Origin: Nemertoderma westbladi
Taxonomy: Eukaryota > Animalia > Xenacoelomorpha
Length of the DNA stretch: 54,863 nt
Assembly: GCA_032718475.1 (NCBI GenBank)
Contig: JAUCBJ010005428.1
Span: 1 to 54,863, forward strand
Direction: 5' to 3'
Numbering within the stretch: position 1 is the stretch's first letter; each line of letters starts with the position of its first letter. Below are positions 13,725 through 25,252 of the stretch, in pieces. The notes beneath the pieces were generated by a model, which saw nothing but the letters and a program-made list of their open reading frames with translations, was not told the DNA's origin and made no database searches. Both the position numbers and the translations under genes were made by a program.

Positions 13725-14111
13725 GTGACACCCTTATGTGGATAGGTGAGCACTAACAGTAGACCAACCATTGCAATACCCTTATGTGGCTAGGTGAGCA
13801 CTAACAGTAGACCGAGCATTGTAACACCCTTATATGGCGAGGTAAGCACTATCAGTAGACCGAGCATTGCCACACCCTTATGTGGCTAGGTGAGCACTAA
13901 CAGTAGACCAAACATTGTAATACCCTTATGTGGCTAGGTGAGCACTAACAGTAGACCGAGCATTGTAACACCCTTATGTGGTAGGTAAGCACTAACAGTA
14001 GCCCAAACATTGTAACTCCCTTATGTGGCTAGGTGAGCACTAACAGTAGACCGAGCATTGTAACACCCTTATGTGGCTAGGTGAGCACTAACAGTAGACC
14101 AAACATTGCAA
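13725..14111 (+). repeat. 48-bp tandem array (~8 copies) of the MAPK15 exon end ALQHPYVA-R plus splice donor
   Basis: Unit CATTGCAACACCCTTATGTGGCTAG|GTGAGCACTAACAGTAGACCGAG matches 9339-9390. It is continuous with the real exon end once the transposon is removed. Confidence 0.92.
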
Positions 14112-14179
14112 TCTCGGCCCCAACCGGCCGTGAACCTCACCCAGTCCCATTACCTTTCGGAAATGGCCACGACCTTGTC

Positions 14180-14470
14180 ACTACTACTACTACTAGGATC
14201 GGCATGCTGCATTGCAGCTGCATTTTTAAGAATGCTGTGCCGGCTTATCGACAAAATGGCACCGCCACAACTTCCTATCACCCATGACATTTGCTAGATC
14301 ATCCGCATCTTCAAGGCCAGTGTCCTTTAAGATGCGTCTCAAGAAAGTCATGGGCTGTCCACCATGCTTATTCACTCCATGAGGCTGCCAAAGTACAAGA
14401 TTATGCACTGGCTGGTCCTCATGGCGAAAGCAATGTCCTGCAAAGCGGAGGCGTCGCCGCACGACCTTGT
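14180..14470 (-). mobile_element. RTE-clade LINE 3' fragment
   Basis: RRRLRFAGHCFR...LVLWQPHG...GGQPMTF...MGDRKLWR resembles an RTE ORF2 C-terminus; (TAG)n tail on the minus strand at ~14181-14196. Confidence 0.7.
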
Positions 14471-14646
14471 CACACCAGCATAAACGAACAAAAATAACTA
14501 GAAATTGTGTATATTTCACACATTATTATTGGTGAATGTAATCTGGAATTATTAGCACAACATGAAAGAACCGTTTAGTTATGTATTTATACCTGTGTGA
14601 CTGCATAGTTAGTATACCTGTATATTACATATTGATTGCACACACT

Positions 14647-15251
14647 ACTGCACGAACCTAATAAACTAATAGAACTGCACGAACCTAATAAACTAATAGA
14701 ACTGCACGAACCTAATAAACTAATAGAACTGCGCGAACCTAATAAACTAATAGAACTGCACGAATCTAATAAACTAATAGAACTGCACGAACCTAATAAA
14801 CTAATAGAACTGCACGAACCTAATAAACTAATAGAACTGCACGAACCTAATAAACTAATAGAACTGCACGAACCTAATAAACTAATAGAACTGCACGAAC
14901 CTAATAAACTAATAGAACTGCACGAACCTAATAAACTAATAGAACTGCACGAACCTAATAAACTAATAGAACTGCACGAACCTAATAAACTAATAGAACT
15001 GCACGAACCTAATAAACTAATAGAACTGCACGAACCTAATAAACTAATAGAACTGCACGAACCTAATAAACTAATAGAACTGCACGAACCTAATAAACTA
15101 ATAGAACTGCACGAACCTAATAAACTAATAGAACTGCACGAACCTAATAAACTAATAGAACTGCACGAACCTAATAAACTAATAGAACTGCACGAACCTA
15201 ATAAACTAATAGAACTGCACGAACCTAATAAACTAATAGAACTGCACGAAC
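14647..15251. repeat. 27-bp minisatellite, left block (~22 copies)
   Basis: Unit CTGCACGAACCTAATAAACTAATAGAA, near-perfect copies. Confidence 0.97.
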
Positions 15252-15260
15252 ACGAACGAA

Positions 15261-16360
15261 CGTGTAGGATGCTGGATAGGCACTTATTTCTTGGGTGCAC
15301 TAGCATACGCGGATGATATTTTCTTGCTGTGCCCATCTCTGTGCGGCCTTCAGTTTATGGTTTCATTATGCGAAAGATTTGCACAAGATAATGATTTAGT
15401 TTTCAGTACAAATGTAACTCCAGAGAAGTCTAAATCGAAATGTATTGCATTCAGCAACTCGACGCGTTGGAGGGAACCTGCTGCCAGAATACATTTAAAT
15501 GGTCACGATTTGCCATGGGTTCGTGAGGCAGTTCATTTGGGGCATGTTTTTGATTTTCGCAATAGTATGGTGTCTGATGTACTGAAAAAACGCGGCCAAT
15601 TAATAGGTAAATTAAATGCACTAAGACAAGAGTTTTATTTTTCTGATCCTTATTTATTGTGCGATATCCAGCGGATTTACGCAACTTGTCTTTTTGGGAG
15701 TAATCTATGGGACCTTTTTTCAGACAGTACATCTAGAATTTATACATCGTGGAATATTAATATTAGATTAATATTCAGATTACCTTACAATACACATAGA
15801 TTTATTGTAGAGAATTTGGTACCTTTTAAGCATCCGTGCGTAATGTTGCAAACTCGTTATGTTAAATTTGTTAACTCTTTACTCACATCTAATAAACGTA
15901 TTATACGATTTTTGGCTGAACTGTGCGTTTTTGATTGTAGGACACGTTCGGGCACAAATTTACGAAATATTGGTAACCGGTGTAACATATATAATTTACG
16001 TTCTCTGGTCCCAAGGTTTGCTAATAGTTTGAGTTATGCACATGTGCCTGTTGGTAATGAATGGCGGGTTCCTTTGTTACAAGAACTTATTAATTGTCGG
16101 TTAAATAACGCTAGTGTTCCCGGTTTTGATTCTCTTGAACTAGATAATATTATAAATTTTGCTGCCACTGCATGATTCTTCTCTTAGTTTGTTGGTTAGG
16201 GTTTAATACACTTACATATTACCAATATTTTGTCTTGTTTCTGTTTCAGTCTGTGCTTTTGTTATTTTATAGTTTAGGTGGTCGATTTGTGCACATTAAT
16301 TACGGTGTACCAAACTATATTTTGTTTGTTTGTGTATGAAATTAAATTAAATTAAAATTA
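15261..16360 (+). mobile_element. 5'-truncated non-LTR retrotransposon (RT C-terminal part, 3' UTR, (AAATT)n tail) inserted in the 27-bp array
   Basis: Open frame RVGCWIGTYFLGALAYADDIFLLCPS...HLGH to the stop at 16175 (RT YADD motif); AT-rich 3' UTR and AAATT repeat tail at ~16339-16360. Confidence 0.88.
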
Positions 16361-17412
16361 AATAAACTAATAGAACTGCACGAACCTAATAAACTAATAG
16401 AACTGCACGAACCTAATAAACTAATAGAACTGCACGAACCTAATAAACTAATAGAACTGCACGAACCTAATAAACTAATAGAACTGCACGAATCTAATAA
16501 ACTAATAGAACTGCACGAACCTAATAAACTAATAGAACTGCACGAACCTAATAAACTAATAGAACTGCACGAACCTAATAAACTAATAGAACTGCACGAA
16601 CCTAATAAACTAATAGAACTGCACGAACCTAATAAACTAATAGAACTGCACGAACCTAATAAACTAATAGAACTGCACGAACCTAATAAACTAATAGAAC
16701 TGCACGAACCTAATAAACTAATAGAACTGCACGAACCTAATAAACTAATAGAACTGCACGAACCTAATAAACTAATAGAACTGCACGAACCTAATAAACT
16801 AATAGAACTGCACGAACCTAATAAACTAATAGAACTGCACGAACCTAATAAACTAATAGAACTGCACGAACCTAATAAACTAATAGAACTGCACGAACCT
16901 AATAAACTAATAGAACTGCACGAACCTAATAAACTAATAGAACTGCACGAACCTAATAAACTAATAGAACTGCACGAACCTAATAAACTAATAGAACTGC
17001 ACGAACCTAATAAACTAATAGAACTGCACGAACCTAATAAACTAATAGAACTGCACGAACCTAATAAACTAATAGAACTGCACGAACCTAATAAACTAAT
17101 AGAACTGCACGAACCTAATAAACTAATAGAACTGCACGAACCTAATAAACTAATAGAACTGCACGAACCTAATAAACTAATAGAACTGCACGAACCTAAT
17201 AAACTAATAGAACTGCACGAATCTAATAAACTAATAGAACTGCACGAACCTAATAAACTAATAGAACTGCACGAACCTAATAAACTAATAGAACTGCACG
17301 AACCTAATAAACTAATAGAACTGCACGAACCTAATAAACTAATAGAACTGCACGAACCTAATAAACTAATAGAACTGCACGAACCTAATAAACTAATAGA
17401 ACTGCACGAACC
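16361..17412. repeat. 27-bp minisatellite, right block (~39 copies)
   Basis: Same unit as 14647-15251. Confidence 0.97.
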
Positions 17413-17884
17413 AACTAAACTAAATATTAATTACATCAGACCTACTACTGTACAAACACACTATCTCCTAGAAGAATATAGATAGACATTATTTATTCAG
17501 GTACTTGGAAATTCGGATGCTAAACTATATCTGTTTTACATCATTGCGATTTCTGACACAATATTCCAATACAATGTAATTATCGTTAGTGAGACACAAA
17601 TATACAATTATTGAAATACAGTAAAATTCACTGAACGTTAACTCTACTTAATTCCTTTAATATTTTTTAATGTCTGCATCTTCTTTTAGTATAAGGAATG
17701 AATATATAATATATTTAACATGTAGGGATGCCGTTCTAATGTTGTTAACCTGTGAAGAAGTACAGCTGTGACTATGTGAAAAAGTGAATTTAATAGGAAC
17801 AGTTCCCTTGGGGACTGTAAGCTAACTAAAACAATATCAGTATTGTGTACGACTGACTGTACGTAGATGTTTATGTTGGTCCAC

Positions 17885-18517
17885 CTACGTACGCCTAGCG
17901 GATCCGTTAGCCACTGCATCCTGCTGTTTACCAAAATATTGCTTACTCATTTCGACGGAGGGAGTGATTGTGTCGGCTCCCGGTTTCCATCCCAACGGGC
18001 AGACCTCGCCGTGTTTGTCGGTGAACTGGAAGGCCTGTACTAGACGCAATGTCTCGTCCACCGACCGGCCCACCGGTAGATCGTTGATAGTTATCTGTCG
18101 GAGGACCCCTAGCGGATCGATAACGAACAGACCTCTATACGCTACTCCACTCCCTTCCTTCATCGTACCATAATCCCGTGTTATCTCCCCGGTTTTATCC
18201 GCTAGGATGGGTATATTCATCTTGCCCAGACCGCCTTGCTTCCGCGGTTGGTTAACCCAAGCTAGATGGGAGAAGTGGCTGTCCGTAGAGCAGGCGACAA
18301 CCTCGCAATTAATCTTGCGAAACTCGTTGATTCGGTCGGAGAATCCGATGATCTCCGTGGGACATACGAAGGTAAAATCCAGCGGGTAGAAGAAGAGAAC
18401 GAGGTACTTCCCTCGGAAGTCGGATAGCTTGATCAATTTAAATTCCTGATCAACATCCAACGCCATCGTCTCGAAATGAGGAGCCGGTTTTCCAATGACA
18501 GCTTTTCCGCAGGCCAT
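17885..18517 (-). CDS. Typical 2-Cys peroxiredoxin (PRDX1/2-like), intronless CDS, nested antisense
   Basis: [15 protein letters not shown] (peroxidatic Cys), GGLG, GEVCP (resolving Cys) and C-terminal YF motif; 210 aa. Confidence 0.96.
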   Translation of the reverse strand: MACGKAVIGKPAPHFETMALDVDQEFKLIKLSDFRGKYLVLFFYPLDFTFVCPTEIIGFSDRINEFRKINCEVVACSTDSHFSHLAWVNQPRKQGGLGKMNIPILADKTGEITRDYGTMKEGSGVAYRGLFVIDPLGVLRQITINDLPVGRSVDETLRLVQAFQFTDKHGEVCPLGWKPGADTITPSVEMSKQYFGKQQDAVANGSARRT

Positions 18518-18769
18518 TTTTAATTTATTTTGTATTAATATACTTTAGGGTAGCTGCTAAAGAAACAATTATTTAAATTGCTGAAATAGTCCGTACCGGT
18601 ACCAAGGCTTCCTAAACTACTGAACTGATTAAAACTTAAACAGCAGTCGCATGATTCTGGTATTTACAGTACGGATTGTGTTGGTTGCCTAGCTACCAAT
18701 CTTATTTTAGTGTTTTTAAACCCTTTATAGGGATTCATATTATTACAATAGTCAATCACAATTAAATTT

Positions 18770-19790
18770 TTTATCACTAAAATTAATCATTTTTTTCAAC
18801 TAAATCTCCTTCCACTAAAATTAATCATTCTTCCACTATTTTTATTGCGTTTTTTTCACTAAATTTAATCATTCTCCACTAAAATTTATCATTAATCCAC
18901 TAAAATTATTAATTTATAACTATTTTTTATTGGCATTGGGATTCGAAGTACCGGTACATATTTTATTTGTTATAAAAGCTCACAACTGTAACCTGCTCCT
19001 TTCCCCCAATTGGTAACAAAATTGTTTATTGTTTAGGTTAGAAAAGCCTACTTGTGTAACATCCTCCTTTACCTGAATTGGTGACAACATTGTTTATTGT
19101 TTTAGTTAGAAAATCTCACCTCTGTAACCTGTTCCTTTACATCAATTGGTAACAACATTTATTTATTGCTTTGGTTAGAAAGCCCACCCCTGTAAACTGC
19201 TCCTTTTCCCTCAATTGGTAACAAAATTCTTTAATGTTTTGGTTAGAAAAACCCACAACTGTAACCTGCTCTTCTCTTTCAATTGGTAACTTATATTTAG
19301 CACACAAGTACAAAGTACTGTAATGTAATTGTAGTACTAATAGACGTACTACACTACACGGGTACTGTGCGGGTGTACGGTACACTACTAAACAGTCAGA
19401 CAGGGGTGAAAACTAAAAAATATAGTTACGAATTGATTTAATTTGGTGGAAAATGAAGTTATTTTAGTTATAAAGTGATTAATTTTTGTGATAAGTGATT
19501 CATTTTAGTTATAAGTGATTCATTTTAGTTATAAGTGATTCATTTTAGTTATAAGTGATTAATTTTTGTGAAAAGTGATTAATTTTAGTGATAAGGGATT
19601 CATTTTAGTTATAAGTGATTAATTTTTGTGATAAGTGATTAATTTTAGTTATAAGTGATTAATTTTTGTGATAAGTGATTAATTTTAGTGATAAGTGATT
19701 AATTTTTGTGATAAGTGATTAATTTTAGTAAAATAATTTAAAATAGTGATTGCATTCAATTTAATGAAAAAAATGACTTTTTTAGTGATG
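18770..19790. repeat. Foldback-like repeat: inverted AT-rich arms, a 20-bp array at ~19470-19730 and internal degenerate repeats at ~18980-19290
   Basis: CACTAAAATTAATCA-type motifs on the left are the reverse complement of TGATTAATTTTAGTG-type motifs on the right. Confidence 0.55.
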
Positions 19791-20550
19791 GAAAAATAAG
19801 TGCCTTATTTATTAGTTAATTCTTACTTATCTGACTTCACTGAAAAATAGTTAAATAATATATTTGATTTATTAACGGATTTATAACCAACTAGGTTTAT
19901 TCCTAAAGTGTCGGACTTAGATTAATAAGCGACACCGGGATAAAGTTAACCGGTACTACATGGCACCTGCAATGGGGAGGTGAAAAGGAAATTTAGTGGA
20001 ATAAAACTTGAAAAAGAAATCGTTTTTTTCCTCTCACGACCGACCGTGTCAGCATATATTTATTAGTTAACAAGGCTTACAAGTCTAAACAAGGTTAACA
20101 AGTAACTACTTGACACATTAAAAATCAGCTTTATAAGTTTATATCAGATAATTAGGGTTTTAACTCGATTAATACCATAACATGAGAGTAATGAGTGGCG
20201 TATATACAGTATATTTATGAAAGACCACCTGTTGGTTTTACGTAACTCACACAATGTTATTTATAATTTACACTGTGTAGCTTTACTATTATACTGCGCT
20301 ACTCGTGTAGCATTTATTGCTACAATAACGACGCCAATGAGGTACGAATCGATAACCAGCTCTATAAGCTCCGCTCTCAACAATAAAAACCAGGATCGTT
20401 CAATTGATCCTATATCCTCTTGAAATTGTTATACTACGAATGATATTGTACACAATGTATTGTTGCTCTCAGGACCTTGCGTAACACTAGAATAATAGCG
20501 TAAATTAAACCTTAAACAGTATCATTGGAAGTTTAATTGTTTAATTGAAT

Positions 20551-21628
20551 GTCGGATTCGGGGTCCTATAGCTAACCCTAACAACTCGGTTCCCACAGTG
20601 TCGGATTCGGGGTCCTATAGCTAACCCTAACAACTCGGTTCCCACAGTGTCGGATTCGGGGTCCTATAGCTAACCCTAACAACTCGGTTCCCACAGTGTC
20701 GGATTCGGGGTCCTATAGCTAACCCTAACAACTCGGTTCCCACAGTGTCGGATTCGGGGTCCTATAGCTAACCCTAACAACTTGGTTCCCACAGTGTCGG
20801 ATTCGGGGTCCTATAGCTAACCCTAACAACTTGGTTCCCACAGTGACGGATTCGGGGTCCTATAGCTAACCCTAACAACTCGGTTCCCACAGTGTCGGAT
20901 TCGGGGTCCTATAGCTAACCCTAACAACTTGGTTCCCACAGTGACGGATTCGGGGTCCTATAGCTAACCCTAACAACTCGGTTCCCACAGTGTCGGATTC
21001 GGGGTCCTATAGCTAACCCTAACAACTTGGTTCCCACAGTGACGGATTCGGGGTCCTATAGCTAACCCTAACAACTCGGTTCCCACAGTGTCGGATTCGG
21101 AGTCCTATAGCTAACCCTAACAACTCGGTTCCCACAGTGTCGGATTCGGGGTCCTATAGCTAACCCTAACAACTCGGTTCCCACAGTGTCGGATTCGGGG
21201 TCCTATAGCTAACCCTAACAACTCGGTTCCCACAGTGTCGGATTCGGAGTCCTATAGCTAACCCTAACAACTTGGTTCCCACAGAGACGGATTCGGGGTC
21301 CTATAGCTAACCCTAACAACTCGGTTCCCACAGTGTCGGATTCGGAGTCCTATAGCTAACCCTAACAACTCGGTTCCCACAGTGTCGGATTCGGAGTCCT
21401 ATAGCTAACCCTAACAACTCGGTTCCCACAGTGTCGGATTCGGGGTCCTATAGCTAACCCTAACAACTCGGTTCCCACAGTGTCGGATTCGGGGTCCTAT
21501 AGCTAACCCTAACAACTCGGTTCCCACAGTGTCGGATTCGGGGTCCTATAGCTAACCCTAACAACTCGGTTCCCACAGTGTCGGATTCGGGGTCCTATAG
21601 CTAACCCTAACAACTTGGTTCCCACAGA
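20551..21628. repeat. 49-bp minisatellite (~22 copies)
   Basis: Unit GTCGGATTCGGGGTCCTATAGCTAACCCTAACAACTCGGTTCCCACAGT; period 49 (20551, 20600). Confidence 0.97.
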
Positions 21629-22144
21629 GAAGCATAATTTTCGTTTTATTTGCAGTTTTCCCACTTGTTGGTTTTATTCGTTAGCAAAAACACAAATAAC
21701 CAAAAATAATAAACAACCGAAAAATATGATGAAATAATTGAAGTAATGTTGTCCTGTTGTCAACATCTGTGGTCAAGGCCAAAAGTGTGATCAGGATTCG
21801 ATATATTTTATTTTTTTCATACCAATCCTAATGAAATGTAAGAAACAGTTATTCAGGCTGCAAGACAACTTTTCAAAACGTAATTTGGATTAAATGAATA
21901 GAAACTATAATTTAGACCGAAAGTGTAGACCGAAAATGTCGACCGAAAGTGTAGACTCACCTGCAGCTTTTCGACGTTTGCGTTTCATTTTCACAGTAAA
22001 ACAAGAATAATATGACATATAATGAGGGCTACCTATATTTTGGTATCAGCTGATAGCTAGAGATCAGTTGATTCCTATAGTATGTATGCGATGATGTATA
22101 CTGTGGATACCAGTCTATAATTGTCTCTGGCTTATTGTATACTA

Positions 22145-23508
22145 CTGTGGCCATGGGACTGTAGGTAGAGGGTCTGTGGCCATGGGACTGTAGTTAGAGG
22201 GTATGTGGCCATGGGACTGTAGTTAGATGGTATGTGGCCATGGGACTGTAGGTAGAAGGTCTGTGGCCATGGGACTGTAGGTAGAGGGTCTGTGGCCATG
22301 GGACTGTAGGTATAGGGTCTGTGGCCATGGGACTGTAGGTAGAGGGTCTGTGGCCATGGGACTGTAGTTAGAGGGTATGTGGCCATGGGACTGTAGTTAG
22401 AGGGTATGTGGCCATGGGACTGTAGGTAGAGGGTCTGTGGCCATGGGACTCTAGGTAGATGGTCTGTGGCCATGGGACTGTAGTTAGAGGGTATGTGGCC
22501 ATGGGACTGTAGGTAGAGGGTATGTGGCCATGGGACTGTAGGTAGAGGGTCTGTGGCCATGGGACTGTAGGTAGAGGGTCTGTGGCCATGGGACTGTAGG
22601 TAGAGGGTCTGTGGGCATGGGACTGTAGTTAGAGGGTATGTGGCCATGGGACTGTAGGTAGAGGGTCTGTGGCCATGGGACTGTAGGTAGAGGGTCTGTG
22701 GCCATGGGACTGTAGGTAGAGGGTCTGTGGCCATGGGACTGTAGGTAGAGGGTATGTGGCCATGGGACTGTAGGTAGAGGTTCTGTGGCCATGGGACTGT
22801 AGTTAGAGGGTATGTGGCCATGGGACTGTAGTTAGAGGGTATGTGGCCATGGGACTGTAGGTAGAGGGGCTGTGGCCATGGGACTGTAGGTAGAGGGTAT
22901 GTGGCCATGGGACTGTAGGTAGAGGGTCTGTGGCCATGGGACTGTAGGTAGAGGGTCTGTGGCCATGGGACTGTAGGTAGAGGGTATGTGGCCATGGGAC
23001 TGTAGGTAGAGGGTCTGTGGCCATGGGACTGTAGGTAGAGGGTCTGTGGCCATGGGACTGTAGGTAGAGGGTCTGTGGCCATGGGACTGTAGGTAGAGGG
23101 TATGTGGCCATGGGACTGTAGGTAGAGGGTCTGTGGCCATGGGACTGTAGGTAGAGGGTCTGTGGCCATGGGACTGTAGGTAGAGGGTATGTGGCCATGG
23201 GACTGTAGGTAGAGGGTCTGTGGCCATGGGACTGTAGGTAGAGGGTCTGTGGCCATGGGACTGTAGGTAGAGGGTCTGTGGCCATGGGACTGTAGGTAGA
23301 GGGTCTGTGGCCATGGGACTGTAGGTAGAGGGTCTGTGGCCATGGGACTGTAGGTAGAGGGTCTGTGGCCATGGGACTGTAGGTAGAGGGTCTGTGGCCA
23401 TGGGACTGTAGGTAGAGGGTCTGTGGCCATGGGACTGTAGGTAGAGGGTCTGTGGCCATGGGACTGTAGGTAGAGGGTATGTGGCCATGGGACTGTAGGT
23501 AGAGGGTC
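22145..23508. repeat. 29-bp minisatellite (~47 copies)
   Basis: Unit CTGTGGCCATGGGACTGTAGGTAGAGGGT; the long minus-strand ORFs are a by-product of the repeat. Confidence 0.97.
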
Positions 23509-24508
23509 TAAAATGTCAAAACGTCTAAAAAACAGAATCAAGTGTATGCCTCCATCAGTAAAACTAGGTACATATTGAACCGAACTTAAATGCCCAATCG
23601 ATAATGATAATAAATCATTTCTCGATGATAAAATGTAACAAAATTACATACATAATTGTGTGCAAAGGTAACTTTTCAGCGTTAAAGAAACTTGTTTATT
23701 GTAAACCTCTCTCGCTACGCTCGTTCTGCACATAAATAAACTTGGGTCATAACACAGCAAAGTGCTACTTTGCACACTATGACAGAATGATGTAAATAGT
23801 TATTTGGGGGGGGGGGGGGGGGGGGGGGTTATATGGCATATGGTTTGAATTTGAATAATTGTTTGTTGGGGGATGAATAATTATTGTTCTTCATGGTGGA
23901 GGGATGTAAATTTGTGCTACAGTAATATATATATAATAATTTTTCACCAAATATATTTGGTGAAAAATAATTTAATTTGGGGTTAAATCATCTAATATGA
24001 TTTAACATTAATAGCATTATACAGTATTAGTAGCCTATAATAATTTACGAATAACCATCTCTGCGGAAAGGAGCAGTTCACAGCGGCACATTAATTACTG
24101 CATTTACTTGAAGTAAATAGTTAATACAGCTGTACTGTAGTACATAGTACCGGTACTTGTCAGCATGTTGTATTTATTTTTGTTATTGTTATTATAATTC
24201 AATTTAATTGGCCTTTTATATATTGAAACTAAACTGGTGTACTTATACCTGTAGATAGGCCTACCACCTACAGTCTGACAGTATGTATGAGATAGTACAG
24301 TAGTACTGCAGTACGGTTATCTTGTGCAGTAGTACTAGTACATCAGTAGTAGGCCTACTGCAGTGCGGTTATCTTGTCCAGTCTGCCAGTAGTACCAGAC
24401 CAGAGTACCGGCAAACCAGTATGAGTGACAGACATACAGAAGAAGACAATGTAAAGAAGAAATAAAATTGAAGTTATCAAAAATCGACCAAACTGCCAAT
24501 GCATAACC

Positions 24509-25252
24509 ATGACCGATAACGATAAATCGGGATCCCCCGCCCAACAAAGACAACAAGACAACAACATGTCCACCGACATGTTTGACGATGAACAGCCTAC
24601 CGGTACACCAATGGAGGTCGACACTTGCGAGAATTGCCCATCGCAATTTCTCGGGATGGATGTAAAGGATCTTCCTCTCTCCCTAATTATTACCAACGTA
24701 CCGGATACCGTGTACAAAGAACCAACCCATAAACAGGCTTTCGAGAAATTATGGAGGGAGTTCTGCGACCCGGGCCATAGCCCCTCTTTTATATATTTTA
24801 AGAGCTTCAATCGTGTTCGAGTTGCGTTCGATAGCCCACTTGAATCAACCAGGGCTAGGATCGCCATGCATAACTTCTCATGGAGACCCAACCCCGAAAT
24901 GGGCACGGTTGCGACTCTTAAAGTTTACTTCGCCCAACCTTGCGAGCAATACGGACGACCCAGTCTGGAGCCCCCCGCTCTGGAGAAACAATGGCTCATC
25001 TCTCCGCCCTGTTCCCCGCCCGTGGGATGGGAGCCTGTCAGAGAGACGCAGCCCAACATCGACTTCCAACTGATGGCGGCGTTAGCCGGTTTGACTCCTG
25101 GCCAGTCGCACGAGGTTGTTCCGTCGACCGCAGCACTCCCCGCCGTGGTTATTGACGCTCCCACACAGGAGTCATCCTACAGGGATGGCGACGACAAAGA
25201 CACACATGCTCGTCCCCCAATCGTACAGACTAAATGCCCTCCTAGAAATTAA
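24509..25252 (+). CDS. RCAN: Calcipressin / regulator of calcineurin, intronless CDS, nested on the same strand as the host
   Basis: RRM-like region (FIYFKSFNRVRVAF, LKVYFAQ), LEPP..KQWLISPPCSPPVGWEP, PAVVI (PxIxIT-like) and C-terminal TKCPP; AATAAA at ~25260 and ~25312. Confidence 0.93.
   Translation: MTDNDKSGSPAQQRQQDNNMSTDMFDDEQPTGTPMEVDTCENCPSQFLGMDVKDLPLSLIITNVPDTVYKEPTHKQAFEKLWREFCDPGHSPSFIYFKSFNRVRVAFDSPLESTRARIAMHNFSWRPNPEMGTVATLKVYFAQPCEQYGRPSLEPPALEKQWLISPPCSPPVGWEPVRETQPNIDFQLMAALAGLTPGQSHEVVPSTAALPAVVIDAPTQESSYRDGDDKDTHARPPIVQTKCPPRN

Noticed and set aside
14587-15336. Repetitive ORFs (HEPNKLIEL)n and (SCSSISLLG)n
   Set aside because: They are translations of a 27-bp minisatellite with no synonymous-type variation and no gene structure.
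22132-23541. 469-aa and overlapping Pro/Thr-rich ORFs
   Set aside because: The 29-bp unit is not a multiple of 3 and all frames give the same peptide, so this is a repeat artefact.
24335-25164. Antisense ORFs over RCAN (and similar ones over PRDX, the F-box gene and the DBH-like gene)
   Set aside because: They are shadows of the real coding strand with no recognisable motifs.
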